A stretch of 63,881 nucleotides of DNA, counting the filler, from Collodictyon triciliatum (Eukaryota): the NCBI GenBank assembly GCA_043381765.1. It is 21 parts of 21 records of this genome, joined end to end, with 100 filler letters (N's around TTAATTAATTAA, not from the genome) between each part and the next. Parts side by side here need not be neighbours in the genome. Positions count along the whole stretch, not along the records: positions 12,267 to 15,247 come from JBHJMP010008003.1; positions 15,348 to 18,310 come from JBHJMP010008004.1; positions 18,411 to 21,373 come from JBHJMP010008005.1; positions 21,474 to 24,432 come from JBHJMP010008006.1; positions 24,533 to 27,493 come from JBHJMP010008007.1; positions 27,594 to 30,554 come from JBHJMP010008008.1; 15 more parts are not named here. One strand, given 5' to 3'. Positions 13,831 to 30,654 of this stretch are shown piece by piece. Every line of letters begins with the position of its first letter. Positions within the stretch are counted from its first letter, which is position 1. A program made the position numbers and the translations under genes. The notes beneath the pieces were generated by a model. It did not search any database, was not told the origin of the DNA, and was given only the letters and a program-made list of their open reading frames with translations.

Positions 13831-14628
13831 TTAGTTCTGGTTCTTGACCTTCTTCTCGTTGGAGAGCTCGAAGTGCTTGCAGCGCTTCAGAGCCAGTTGC
13901 TGCTTGTACTTGCACTTGGTGCATTCCAGACGGAGCACGATCTTCTTGGTGGTCTTGGCCTGTTTCGGGAATAAAGAGAGGTTAGTCTGGGCTTGTCATT
14001 CGGGTCCTGGCATAACGTGCAGAACGAAGATAGAGGGGTTGCCATGCAGTAGGTTCTTCGAGGAAGTAAGGGGCTGAAAGGTAGGGTCAGACCTTCTTGT
14101 GGAAGATAGGCTTGGTTTGTCCTCCGAAGCCGCTCTGCTTTCGGTCGTAACGTCTCTTACCTGGCAAGAGCACAGGGTTAGGGAGTGGACAGACAGGCAG
14201 ACTTGGTCCTGAGTGCCGCAAAAGAACAGCATAAGGAAGGGGTCTTACCCTGGGCGAAGAGACTGGCCTTGCCGACTTTGTACTGCGACACCTTGTGAGG
14301 GGTGTGCTTGCGGCATTGCTTGGATTTGCAAAAGGTGTTGCGGGTCTTGGGGATTTGGACCTACAGTCGTCGTTTGGGGTCAGAGAAAGTCTTGCTGATC
14401 AGTGCCCAATGGATCGGAGGTTAACTAGGGCTCTTCGTCGGAAAAAGACTAGGGACCCAGGCTAAGTGCCAAGACAGACTCAATGGAACTGTGACACGAG
14501 CCAAGAGCCTTTCCGGGTCAACTACCTGGGTAAGGCTTTCGGTTCTGGTGTTCCGCCAGTTTCATGAATTGTAAGACTTGGGCATGATGCGGATTGCGGT
14601 GAAGTGGATAGGTGTATTCCTTACCATG
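13831..14628 (-). CDS. RPL36A: 60S ribosomal protein eL42 (L36a/L44), 4 exons
   Basis: [105 protein letters not shown]. It is missed by the ORF track because of the introns. Confidence 0.97.
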
Positions 14629-15024
14629 TTGCTAGGTTCTAGAAGGAATGCAGGTTCCTATCGGCGCCACGGACACGATACTCGTAAGAATCGTGTGATT
14701 AACAAAAAATGAGAGGGTTGGTGTTTCAAAACTTACAATAACCGCGCAATTCACTCAACTTCGCTTATGTTTGTTCAATCAGAATTATTCACACCTAATG
14801 TGAATTATATTTATTATATATAGAATATCACATTTTATATAATATTATATGTAATAGTAAATGTAATATATGAATAATTCATTATATATTTTAATTTCCG
14901 TATTTAGAATATTTTTTAAACATTTAAATTTTGAAAGTTTCCTTACAATCAAAAGTTTTGCCCTCTGATTCAGGGTGATCTACAAGCCCAGCACCACGAG
15001 GGTAATTTTTTGGGCAAAACAAAT

Positions 15025-15205
15025 AAAACACCTATAAAACACCTATAAAACACCTATAAAACACCTATAAAACACCTATAAAACACCTATAAAACACATA
15101 TAAAACACATATAAAACACATAAAAAACACATAAAAAACACATAAAAAACACATAAAAAACACATAAAAAACACATAAAAAACACATAAAAAACACATAA
15201 AAAAA
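15025..15205. repeat. 11-bp minisatellite drifting from AAAACACCTAT to AAAAAACACAT
   Basis: About 16 tandem units with a gradual change in unit sequence. Confidence 0.85.
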
Positions 15206-15562
15206 ACAAAAAAAAAAAAAAAAAAAAAAAAAAAAACAAAAAAAAAANNNNNNNNNNNNNNNNNNNNNNNNNNNNNNNNNNNNNNNNNNNNTTAATTAAT
15301 TAANNNNNNNNNNNNNNNNNNNNNNNNNNNNNNNNNNNNNNNNNNNNGAAACCACCGACCCACGGGCAGCAAGATTAGTATGAATATAGTGTTAGGTATT
15401 AGTTGCTCTGATTCATTCATCCGTTTCTTTTTTCCTTTTTCCTTTTTCCTTTATCTTTTTATCTTTTTATCTTTTTATCTTTTTATCTTTTTATCTTTTT
15501 ATCTTTTTATCTTTTTATCTTTTTATCTTTTTTCTTTTATTTTCTTTTCGTTTCTTTTTTCT

Positions 15563-18243
15563 CTTCGGTCTCATTCAGCCTGTAAATGGATAAACTTCAT
15601 TACAAAGGTTGTGACGAACTTGGATTTATCTCTTTCAAGTCACAACACTTTTCATACAACGAAAGTGTACCCATAGAAAGCAACTTATTGCACAGGCAAC
15701 CATCGAATTAAATCTGGATTGACGAAAGCAGGAGCTTTGGTGAATCCAAGAAAGAACCAGAATAATATAACAGTATGATTAGAACATATAATAAGGTTAA
15801 AATAATGAATTATATCATTCTATTCATATTATTAATTTATATTTTATTTTTCATTTGTGCGATATTATCATCATAATTCAAAAATTACAAACCCTTGCGT
15901 TGGCTCAGACATAATCACCCTATAAACCTGCCACCAAACTTGTATTTCAAAAAAGCATACTATCCACACTTCCGGCGGTAATCATGTTGTTTGGGGCCGA
16001 TATGTTAAATTTCAGTCGCGATGGCTATACGGCCGTCCTTTCGAACTCACCGAATCAGCTCTCAGCTTTTTGTCTCAAATTACTCATAAAAAAAGTTGGT
16101 GTGTTTGTTTGCCACAATTCGCACATTCTGAAAGCCTTGGCAGATGCTTAGATTTACCTGAATTGATTTTATGCATTTTTTTATTATTAAATTGGCTGAT
16201 TGATAAAAGTTTTATTAAAATTGAAAACTCGGTAGTTTTCCAAAGAAAAAGTAAAACAAAGACTCTCAGATGAAAAAAAAACATCTTGAGTCTGAGAGTC
16301 TAAAGTGTGTAAAATCAGACTATCGAAATGTGAAAGCATCTCTAAAGTCGATTGTAAAGAATGCGGATGACTATGACAAATTCAACGATACGGTTTTATT
16401 GTGTCATAATTTGGTTACCGATACTTATCTGTTTGCAAGATGTTACTTATCGAAATCACAAAAGTCCCAACAATCGATGAATTTTTTTTTTTCGTACGCT
16501 CTAAAGACACTCGGAAAAGCTTCAAAAGGTAAACCCACAAGATTTAAAACATCCAGATATGAGAGATGACATGATGACTTTTTATCTCAATGATTTTCGA
16601 TTCCTTTTGTCCCAAGAAGAACGCTTTCCATTGATTGGACTGTCCCATGTGTTACCGTACTTTGCGAAGCAAATGTTAATATCTTATAATAACATTAAGG
16701 AGCAATTTGTAAAGAGGCTACTGCGCTTTATAAATCAAACGGTTCCTAAAGATGAGAATATTGCGGAAGCTATTCAAAAGGCAGAGTTACAAAACTTAAA
16801 AAAATCCATCTTCAAGAAAACCACAATACCGGAACAATATAAAGGATGGGCTACAACGCATTCGCATCATATCATTCCCAGCGAGATTGTAAAAGGTATC
16901 GAATATGACGCCAAAGTCAATCCAAATAAGTACACTCCATGTCTGATTTACATGAATCACATTTTTGAGGACATTAGAGCCAAACTGCTTCAACCATCCC
17001 ATAAGAACTGACAATATACCATGTCATATTACTCTAGATACTGCACCTTTGATATATTTATTAGCCAACTGGAAAAACATCATTACTCAAGAATATATCC
17101 GGATGCAAAGAGACACTATGGGATAAGTTCTTTGAAATGAAGAAGAAGGTCTTTCATCAAAGAGACTACAATTTTAAATATATGATACAAACAGACGGCT
17201 TGGCGGTGTCATTATTGTTTGAAAAGAAAGGTATTTCAAATACAAAATTCAAAAATTTAATCAAAACACCCAAGAATATGTTTATATTGATGAACTTTCC
17301 GAAGAGCGATTATCTTTATTAGCGAAAAAAAAAATATATTTGGGGTGGACGCAAGCAAGTTTAATTTGGTTTGCATGGTGTGTGAGACAGGTAAGTAATT
17401 ACGCTGCGCGACACACCAAAGAAGAGATGATAGCAAATCTCTTAAAAATCACAAAATACTCTTGCGCGAGAAAAAAGTAAGTACAATGCTTCAGGAATAT
17501 GCATGGCAACATGTTTACAAAGTGCTATTTCTTTTGGTCACATGACTTTTGAAGAGAATCAGCGGTTTGAGACATCAAGAGCATCTTTAATCGATTTAGA
17601 GACAGACCTGGGTAAACATAATCCATCCACAGTCGATTACGAAAAATTTCGAAAATATGTATCTATATAATCAAAATACCAGATAGAATTATCCAGATTT
17701 TATGAAGAAACTTTTCGAAAGATGAGATGGAGACAATATGTTAATACAAAAAGAACCGAACTATTGTTTATGGACTTAATCGAAAAGACACTTGGCGAGG
17801 ATGTTGTACTGGTGTATGGAGACTGGAGCAGAAAATGTCAGATGAAACATTTTATGCCAACAATCGAATGAGGATTACGAAAAATACTATCCTAAGGTTT
17901 TGAAAAAGGTAGCGTAAATAAATTTAGAACCTCCAAGATGTGCTGCAACTGCGAAAAAGAGCTGGAATATATGAAACTGAAAGGAAACTCAAAAGAAGTG
18001 TATAGATGTCTCATATGTAAAGAATGCAATCGCTCAGAAAGCAAGCAAAGTGTATTCTTGACAAAGGACTGCAACGGCGCTAAGAATATACTCAACAAAG
18101 TTCTTTCAACCTCCAAAATATGCATACACGTTCCTCTAAAAAAAGAGGCGGTTGGGTCTTTCCTGGCAGCCTTCACCACCACACAGCCTTTGTGAAAAAA
18201 AGTGGGGAGACCTTGGATACTAGCGCACTAAGTTTAACCAATC
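15563..18243 (+). mobile_element. Fanzor-carrying element, copy 1 (decayed)
   Basis: Collinear nucleotide similarity to 34343-36551 (+) and 46095-48874 (-) across the upstream ~700 bp and the ORF. The 3' hairpins are shared with copy 3. Confidence 0.88.
16270..18130 (+). pseudogene. Fanzor1 (TnpB-like RuvC nuclease), frameshifted
   Basis: N-term YRNVKASLKSIVK; IQTDGLAVSLLF; RuvC-I GVDASKFNLV; VLVYGDWS..MKHFMPT..GLRK; RuvC-II VNKFRTSKMC (E to K in this copy); Zn ribbon CCNC...CKEC; RuvC-III TKDCNGAKNIL. Several frameshifts and stops. Confidence 0.88.
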
Positions 18244-18411
18244 TTTGGATTGTTATATTCCTAATAGGAGAGCGTATAACAAAAAGAAAAAGAAAAGAAA
18301 TAAAGAAAAANNNNNNNNNNNNNNNNNNNNNNNNNNNNNNNNNNNNNNNNNNNNTTAATTAATTAANNNNNNNNNNNNNNNNNNNNNNNNNNNNNNNNNN
18401 NNNNNNNNNNC

Positions 18412-21373
<2,962 letters not shown>

Positions 21374-21824
21374 NNNNNNNNNNNNNNNNNNNNNNNNNNN
21401 NNNNNNNNNNNNNNNNNTTAATTAATTAANNNNNNNNNNNNNNNNNNNNNNNNNNNNNNNNNNNNNNNNNNNNATGACAAAAGACAAAAGACAAAAGACA
21501 AAAGACAAAAGACAAAAGACAAAAGACAAAAGACAAAAGACAAAAGACAAAAGACAAAAGACAAAAGACAAAAGGCATAAAAGACAACATACACAAATAT
21601 CAAATAGACAAAAAAAAATGACATAAAATGAAAAAATGACAAAGAAGACATGAAAGAAAATGGGCAAAGAAAAAGAAACTTAACAAAGTGTCCGGCATCT
21701 GAGCGGGTGAGGGCAGGAAGGGAAGGCGAAGAGCGAGAAAGAAGCATCGAATTTGGCAAGCGAAGCGGCGCAAAACGATGACAGATATATTAGAGTACTA
21801 TATGAATCCATTCATTCCAAGAAA

Positions 21825-21904
21825 GGCAGTATGGCCGAGTGGTCTAAGGCGCTAGCTTTAGGCGCTAGTACGAAAGTGCGTGGGTTCAAATCCCACTGCT
21901 GTCA
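21825..21904 (+). tRNA. tRNA-Leu (anticodon UAG)
   Basis: GGCAGTA/TGCTGTC acceptor stem, D arm TGGCCGAGTGGTCTAAGGC, anticodon stem CTAGC-TTTAGGC-GCTAG, long variable arm, T arm GTGGGTTCAAATCCCAC, T-run about 15 nt downstream. Confidence 0.95.
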
Positions 21905-21994
21905 ATGCTTCTATATACTTTTTTCTATCACAACTATTGTTGACCCGCAGAAAAGACGGCAGCGCGTTTATCGTTCCCGTGACTGTGCCACAAT

Positions 21995-24290
21995 CTATCC
22001 CTTTTTGGCCTTGCCCAGCGATGGTTCGTAGTTCCGGATAATCCACACAACCATGTAGGACTGTATGCAGAGAAAAGCCAATCCGGCAGCCCAAATCCAG
22101 AGGAACGTGTTGAGCCCTTCGAATTCCAGGTAGTAGGCAGGGAGCAGCCAGAGACCCTGGTTGGGGCGGTTGTTGCGCACGTGATGAATCAGTATGGCGC
22201 AGAGGCAAGGATTAAGTGCGATTGCATGCGCCGATGATTTTAGCACAGGTAGATGCGAAAAGAGGTTGTTATTTTCTTCGTGGGTAAGTGTGATATTTTC
22301 AGTAGAGTCAGAACGCGCCAAAATATCACTTCGTGGTCAATAAGTTCATGAGTTACCTGACCAAGCAGCCACACGACGAACATCCTCGTTCCTTCAAGGC
22401 TGAGAATTTTAGGCGTCCTTGGGCACAAGAATGGAAGCAGAACCAAGAACCAAACGAAATACTGGGAAGTTGAATAACATCATTTTTTTCTTCACTCGAT
22501 ATAATATTATTTATTTTTTATTATTAATACATAATCAATTTCCATTCCCGCACAACATCCGTAATGCTGTTAAAAAGGAGAAGATAAATACCTGGGAGGT
22601 GCAGACTTTATTGAATGCAACAAATAACATGGTTTGACAGAATGCGTGCAGATGGATGTCTGGGGGGAGTGACACTCCGATAACAATCAGGAGAAAAACT
22701 TGTGGTAGGAATGTAATCGCTGCGTGGATGTTTTATTTGATTATTTTGACAAAAAAAATTGAGAAAAAATATGTCTTCCTTTTCAAAAATTTCTTCCTGA
22801 TGAAGCTATAATAAAAGAGGTCTTTGCACCAAAGAATACGATACTCACCAGAGACAGGAATCAGTGGTTCAGAATTCAAGTACAACATGTAAAAATAAGG
22901 AGAAAAGTTGTGTCTCGTGTCTGTGCGTCGAAAGTGGTAAAGAAGAGCCTTGTCCAAGTACTCATACCCGTACCTAAACAGAAAGATTAGGAAATACACC
23001 AAACACAAAGCGAATACTAATGAGAAATGAATTTTATTGGCTTATTTTACATTTTAGAAAAAAGTGCCGATTTACATGAGATACATGGCGCCAGTAAAGA
23101 AAACGAAGCTAAATATTGTGGATGACAGGAGTGTAACTATTCGATCCAGAGACATTTTTATCTGGTCCATTACACCCAGCTTTCTTTTATCACAACCTTT
23201 TCTTATTATAATCGAAACCATCGAGACTGTATATATCACCGGATAGATTTTAAAGTGTATGGCAAAGCCAAGCCTTTGAAATATATTTCGGATTAGTTTA
23301 AAAGGAGGAAATGCCAAAAAAAAGTGATAATTGTATTTAGATGCCAATAACCAATTAAAATAAAAAATCATTTAAACTCACCACAGACCTGAAAGGATTA
23401 AATGATCTGTCTTGTAATAATAAAGAGATATCACAGATAAGAGACAAACAATAACATCGGCATTCCCACGGGTCGAAATTGCGATTGTTATTGGATTAAA
23501 GAACCACAGAGACAAAGAGCCCAGATGCTGCTCATGGGATTGACTTTCAGCCGATATGTGTATCACATAGCCGACTAGGAGGTCGAACAAGACAAACAGC
23601 ACTTTTCCAAAGGCCTCGTGGAAAACAACATTTCCTCTCAATATAATGGCTCTATGTTTATATTTATAGGGTGGCAATTGTGGATAATATTGCAGAGAAA
23701 ATGCATCATAAAATCAAAGAATTAAATAAAAATAATTATATTCTTGTACGGTTCAAAGCGCTTATGAAGAAGCAATACTGTCCATGAATAAAAAGTCAAG
23801 CAACAGATTCTGTAAATCTTATTTTGAGAAAACACTAACAATATTGGTGTGTATCTATACGTGGGCGACATGAATGGGGAATCGCCTTTATCTGCATGTT
23901 CTGCTGCTTGTGTGAAAACTAGGTAATCAACATCTGTGTACCGTACTCGTGCTAGAAAGTGAAGGAAATGAATAAAATAAAACATAACAAAACAAAATAA
24001 AATAAAATAAAATAAAAGAGGAAGGGGTTACATATAAAACAACAAAAGCCATAGCAAACATGAATGAAGCCGTTCAAATGGATATAAAAGAGTTATGATT
24101 ATATCGCAAGTTTTCCAATTTTTTTCTTAAAAAAAAGAAAAGAAAAGAAGAAATGAAAGAGATATTCCTTACATATTTGATCCTGCACAGCACCAAACAA
24201 AAGCAAGATCACTCTCAAGGCTGCCGCTGCTGCGAAAACACTTTTTACAGACCAAAATCTCGGGTGAGCAAACCCTAGGAACTCGTGCAT
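21995..24290 (-). CDS. PIGM: GPI mannosyltransferase I (PIG-M/GPI14), multi-exon
   Basis: [12 protein letters not shown].....G.SP....TYRYTP, FGKVLF..FD, WFFNP....[58 protein letters not shown]. Confidence 0.95.
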
Positions 24291-24350
24291 GATCCTCTCT
24301 TCTTTGTCACACCTCTTCGTACAGACAAAAAGAAATGAATGAATGAATGA

Positions 24351-24430
<80 letters not shown>

Positions 24431-24819
24431 AANNNNNNNNNNNNNNNNNNNNNNNNNNNNNNNNNNNNNNNNNNNNTTAATTAATTAANNNNNNNNNNNN
24501 NNNNNNNNNNNNNNNNNNNNNNNNNNNNNNNNAAAAAAAAAAAAAAAAAAAAAAAAAAAACATTAAAGGTGGTGTATGCCGAACCAATCGACTATTGGTA
24601 CGGTCGACATCGACCATGTGATTAAAAAATATATAAGCTGCACGATAGTTTGATAGCATCTACTATATTCTACTGATAATTTGAGTGAATCACGATGTTG
24701 ATGTTTTTAGAAAAATGAAAGTGCGATTTCACAGTCATCTTCATGCGAAGGAGGCTTTTTTCACCACATCCCAACAAAAAAAAGTCCAATAAAAAAGTGA
24801 TGGAAATAATGCAGTATAC

Positions 24820-25837
24820 CTAACGCGATAATAAAATCTCTTGGTGAAGAAGTGATCAAAGTCCTCAAGCAAGGGTGCATATCCCTATATTTTAAGATAA
24901 AGCAGTTAGATGATTAAAATTCCTATGGGTATAGAGATTTGATATACATATACATCAAGAAGATGCAGTAAAAAGAATTCCGATAGATAGAGGCGTAAAA
25001 AACCACCAGTTTAACAAGAAACTGCGCGTATATGTCATCTGAAATCGCCCAAATGATTTCAGAATCACATGAAATTATTGCTACTTCAACAGGGTGTTAT
25101 TTCGGCATGTAGAAAGAGAAAAAGAGAAAGGTAATATGTACAAAGCTACAGTAGGTAGTAAATAAATAAATAAAGTGGGAAATAGGGGAAGAGAAGGTAG
25201 GGGTGAGTTGAACCTCGGGTGCGCGGTATTCCTGAGGCTTGAACCACTTCCCAAAGAAGTTGCGGATGATCCCAAACACAGTGAGGACGGCGTAGGAAAA
25301 GTATGTCATCATTATGGTGATCCACGGCACAAACGGCTCCTCTGGCTTACGGTACTTTTTTGGCTGCGAAACAGACAAGCCACGCCCACGAGTGTTGGGT
25401 GACTCGTACTTGAACGGATCGAAAAAGGGAGCTGCGACCCTTGTTTCCTTAGATTGCTCAACGTTCGTTTCCTTAGACAGTTCAGTCTTTACTTCTTTGG
25501 GTTTCTCCGCCTTCACTTCTTTGGGCTTCTCCACCTTCACTTCTTTGGGTTTCTCAGCCTTTGCTTCGTTGGGTTTCTCAGTCTTCACTTCTTTGGGTTT
25601 CTCCGCCTTCGCTTCTTTGGGCTTCTCGGCCTTTGTTTCATTTTTCGGGTTTTGCTGAGCAGGAGGCAAGGCTTGTGCTGGATTGGGCACGGCTTTGCGG
25701 CCGCGCGCAGAACCCACAAACCATTCACCGCCATCGTCTTCGCTCGGAAGCGGCTGAGTCTGCAGCAAAGACGGTGCTGGACTCGGTTTGGCTTTGTCTG
25801 CTTTGGCTTTGGCTTTGTGATTCAAGACGCTTGACAT
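24820..25837 (-). CDS. SPTLC2: Serine palmitoyltransferase subunit 2 (LCB2), 5' part, with a repetitive N-terminal extension
   Basis: EEP..PW..MTYFSYAVLTVFGIIRNFF spliced to GYAPLLEDFDHFFTKRFYYRVR, typical of the LCB2 N-terminus; the contig ends in the next intron. Confidence 0.8.
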
Positions 25838-27677
25838 GAGAGGCTGTGTTTGTTGGGAGGAAGAGGAAGAGGAAGAGGAAGTTAGTAGGGGAGAGGAATG
25901 GCGGTCGAGTGTCTCTGTGGTTGTGCGTGACAGATTGCGAGGTCAGAAACGCAGGGGCTCTTTGGTGGAAAAAGAATACGCTTTCCTGACAGTTTTGAGG
26001 TTTGATGAGGAGAATTTGGTGTGTTTGGATGTCAGTGATGCTGCTGCTGCAATTTGGTGATGATGTTTGTGATGGTGAATGGTGGTGGTGGTGGATGATA
26101 AATATATATCATTTTTTGTTTTTGCATATGGGTCTATTTGCGTTGTGTTTGTGCTTGTGTGAGTGAAAGAATGTTGTCAAGTGTGGATGCGTGAATGCCG
26201 GCGCTCTCGTTGGGTTCTGCGCAGTGGCGTGCCAATTGGCTTCCGTGGTTGGAAGGAATGAAGGAAAATAAATAATTTGGTAGGAAGTGATGCCGGGTTT
26301 GTTTGTTCCTTCGCACAAGACTGCGCGTTGTTGGTTGTTCTGCAGGGTTGTGTGGTGTATGTGTAGGATTGCGTCATGTGTGGCTGAATTGGCGACGCAA
26401 AAAAAAATAAAAAAAAAATAATAATTATAATAATCATATGATATCTAGTAGAAAGAGAAATAATACCACAATTTGCAATATACTTATGCGGAAAACTGAA
26501 TGCGTTGGTGTGTATGAATAGAATATTTTCTCCTAGCGGAATAACCGCGCCCAGTGCTCAATTAAACACATATGTATATTGTATTAACGTCATTATGTAA
26601 TTGTATTTAATTTAATATATGCTAAAAATTCACAAATTAGTAATTTTTACTATTAGATAATTATATTCCATATTTAATATTTTAATTGTGGAAAATAATA
26701 CATTCTAAATCAATACACATATTTTGTTCATTCATGCCCCTCAGAGTAATATAATAATTATATAATATATATATTTTATAATATATAATTAATACTTACA
26801 CAATTCATACTTTTTTTATTTAGAAGTCCCTGTTTACTTTATCAATTTCACCGAATCGAAGTAAGAATTCAGGCTTGGACTTCGCCTGCCCGATCATTTT
26901 CCAGATAACACCCTAGTTTTCCTGTTTTTTTTTTTCTCGATTCTTCGCTTCGCTGTTGAGGAATATTCTATCGAGGCAGTCTTTTTTCCGCTTTCTAAAG
27001 GCCTCTCTCTGTCTTTTCTCTTTCTTTTAGTCCTTTTCAATATTATTTATCTTTATTACCCAAGTACAGAAAAACATAATCATATACCATTATCCAGTGC
27101 CATTCAAAAGCCAGCCCGGTACCGCACGCACAAAGTCTTTCTTTCATTCCCATTTACTGCCATTTTTGAGACATATTTCTTCTTCTTTTTTTTTCCCTTC
27201 CAAGGGACTATTATAACCTTGACTTTGAATAACTAGGAAAAACCTTTAATATACACCTTTCATATTAAAAGCTAAATTCGTTTTAAACATTTGTTGATTG
27301 CATACGAAAAAAGAAGAAAAAAAAAGAAGAAAAAAAGGAGAAAAAAAGAAGAAAAAAAGAAGAAAAAAAAGAAGAAAAAAAGAAGAAAAAAAAGAAGAAA
27401 AAAAGAAGAAAAAAAGAAGAAAAAAAGAAGAAAAAAGAAGAAAAAAAGAAGAAAAAAAGAAGAAAAAAAGAAGAAAAAAAGAAGAAAAAAAGANNNNNNN
27501 NNNNNNNNNNNNNNNNNNNNNNNNNNNNNNNNNNNNNTTAATTAATTAANNNNNNNNNNNNNNNNNNNNNNNNNNNNNNNNNNNNNNNNNNNNCTTTTTT
27601 TCTTTTTTTTTTTTCAATTCAACCCTTTATATTTTGATGAATGGCACTGGGTAGCACAAAACGAATATTCCAAACAG

Positions 27678-28683
27678 GCATCTCTCGGACCTCAACAAAG
27701 ACATGAAGCTGAACCGACACGAGTTTGTCATCTCCATGGCCCTCGTCACATTCTGCCGGCAGGGAAACGTTGTTCCACCCTCTCTACCAAGCGACTTCCT
27801 CGCCTCCGCCCAGCACAATGTAAAAATCATGATATCGACAGTAACAAAAACAAAACAATCATACCAACAACAGATCAGTAGATACATAAATAAATAAATG
27901 ATTATTGCAGAGCCCTGCACCCACCAGCCTGTTCGCTCCAGCCCTCTCCACAGCAGTGCCCTTGGCTCAGACGCCTTCGCAGCCTCTCTTTGTCGACCTC
28001 AACAAAAACTACTATCTCTTCGACGACGAGGAAGGCCTTCACCCGCCCCCATCCAACGCTCACGGTTTGTTGGCATGCCTACGATGTGCATTCCACAGAA
28101 TGCGCTGCACCCATCCCATACGCACATCCAACGATGCAGTTTGTGTAGCAAAATATGCACTTCGCTGTACGACAACATCACATCACACCATATATATATA
28201 TGTCTCATTCTAGACTCTCTTGTTTTCCTCATAGGCTCGCAGGCGGCAATTCCGGCTCCACAGGCCCAGGCTTGGGCCACGTTTGGGGCTGCTCAAGACT
28301 TTGCCTCGTTTGATACCGCCCAGTTTGTTTCTGAGTCTTTTGTCCCCTTGCTAGATGAGAAAAAAAAATCAAGAGATACCATCCCGTTCAACTTGACTCA
28401 CTTTGCCTTTCGATTTTGTGTGTGGTTTAGCAATAAACCTGTTGATGTCGATTTGGCCTCGTTTGTGCCGGCTGCACCTCCAAAGGCCATCTCGGGGAAC
28501 AAAGTGGTAAGGAGAAGAGAAAAGTGAATTGGGTAGTCTGATCACTGCGCTATGTTGATTGATGTGCGCATGATATACTAGTTCGCGGACGGCAAGTTTA
28601 CTCTCCCAACAGCAACGTTTGAGCAGCGCGCCAACCTCGATTCCGAGCTGAACGCAAGAATTGCTGCTCGCAAGCACAATTGA
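27678..28683 (+). CDS. EH-domain endocytic protein, 3' part
   Basis: HLSDLNKDMKLNRHEFVISMALV....GNVVPPSLP is an EH-domain C-terminal half, followed by low-complexity exons with WATF/DFASF motifs; stop at 28683. Confidence 0.7.
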
Positions 28684-28986
28684 ATAAATATTCAATAAAA
28701 AGAAGAAAAAAGGGGGATGAATTATTGATAATGAAGGCTGATTCGACAAGTCGGTCTTTCTTTCCGTTTTTCTCTTTCTTTTTCCCTTTTAGGCTTGTGA
28801 TGAAACAAGAAGGCAAAGGAAGATACACGAACTGGGTCACTATATGCTTGGCTTTGATGATCTCTTGTCGTTTTTATCTGTCCTCTCTCATGACTTTCGT
28901 GTTTGAGCAAGGGGAAAGTATGTGAGATTATGTCCAATTCGCACCAAGTCGTGTTGATGCTGGAGATTTGTAAGACGCGAGGGTGG

Positions 28987-29975
<989 letters not shown>

Positions 29976-30654
29976 TTAATAACAAACTTTTGCGGATATC
30001 TGCTTGTTAGCGCTTGTTGAAGGATTAATACCTGGTGAGTTATCGAACGCAGGAGATAGAAAAGAAGAACGAAGCTAAGCTTAATCAAAAGAAAAAAGGA
30101 CAAGATCGGTAGAGAACCGTTATCTTCAGCATTCTTCTGTTGCCAAGAAATGCTGAGTCAGCAGAGAAAGAAAAATATTTTGTTTTATGATAGAAGCTAG
30201 CCGAACAAAAAAAAAACGGAGGTACGTAAGAAAAGGCACAGAGAAACCAGAGAAGAGGAAAAAGCATAGCCGGTCCATGGGAGCTGACTGAGCTTTGAAG
30301 AAAACCCAAGTGGAGGAAAAAAAAACGAGACAAATGCACAAAACGTAGCGATGTGCCAGCGATTCGAGAGGAGACAGGAAGAATTACGTGCAGGAAAAAA
30401 AAAAAGGCAGGACAAAAGAAGAGAAAATGGGCGACTGAAATAAAATAAAATGAAAAAAAAGGGAGGCGCCTAGAGGCGAAGGCGGTTTCCTCGGCTTTGT
30501 TTTCTCTCAATAAACTGTTGAAAAGAAACCAAAAAGAAAAAAAAAAAAAAAAAANNNNNNNNNNNNNNNNNNNNNNNNNNNNNNNNNNNNNNNNNNNNTT
30601 AATTAATTAANNNNNNNNNNNNNNNNNNNNNNNNNNNNNNNNNNNNNNNNNNNN

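Noticed and set aside
14173-14184. CCCTAACCCT (minus strand) as a telomerase template or telomeric repeat
   Set aside because: It sits just upstream of the RPL36A intron acceptor and is explained as the CTAAC branch point.
17477-17552. Intron inside Fanzor copy 1 (GTAAGT...AG)
   Set aside because: Copies 2 and 3 lack the donor, and the segment translates openly in the adjacent frame, so it is a local frameshift.
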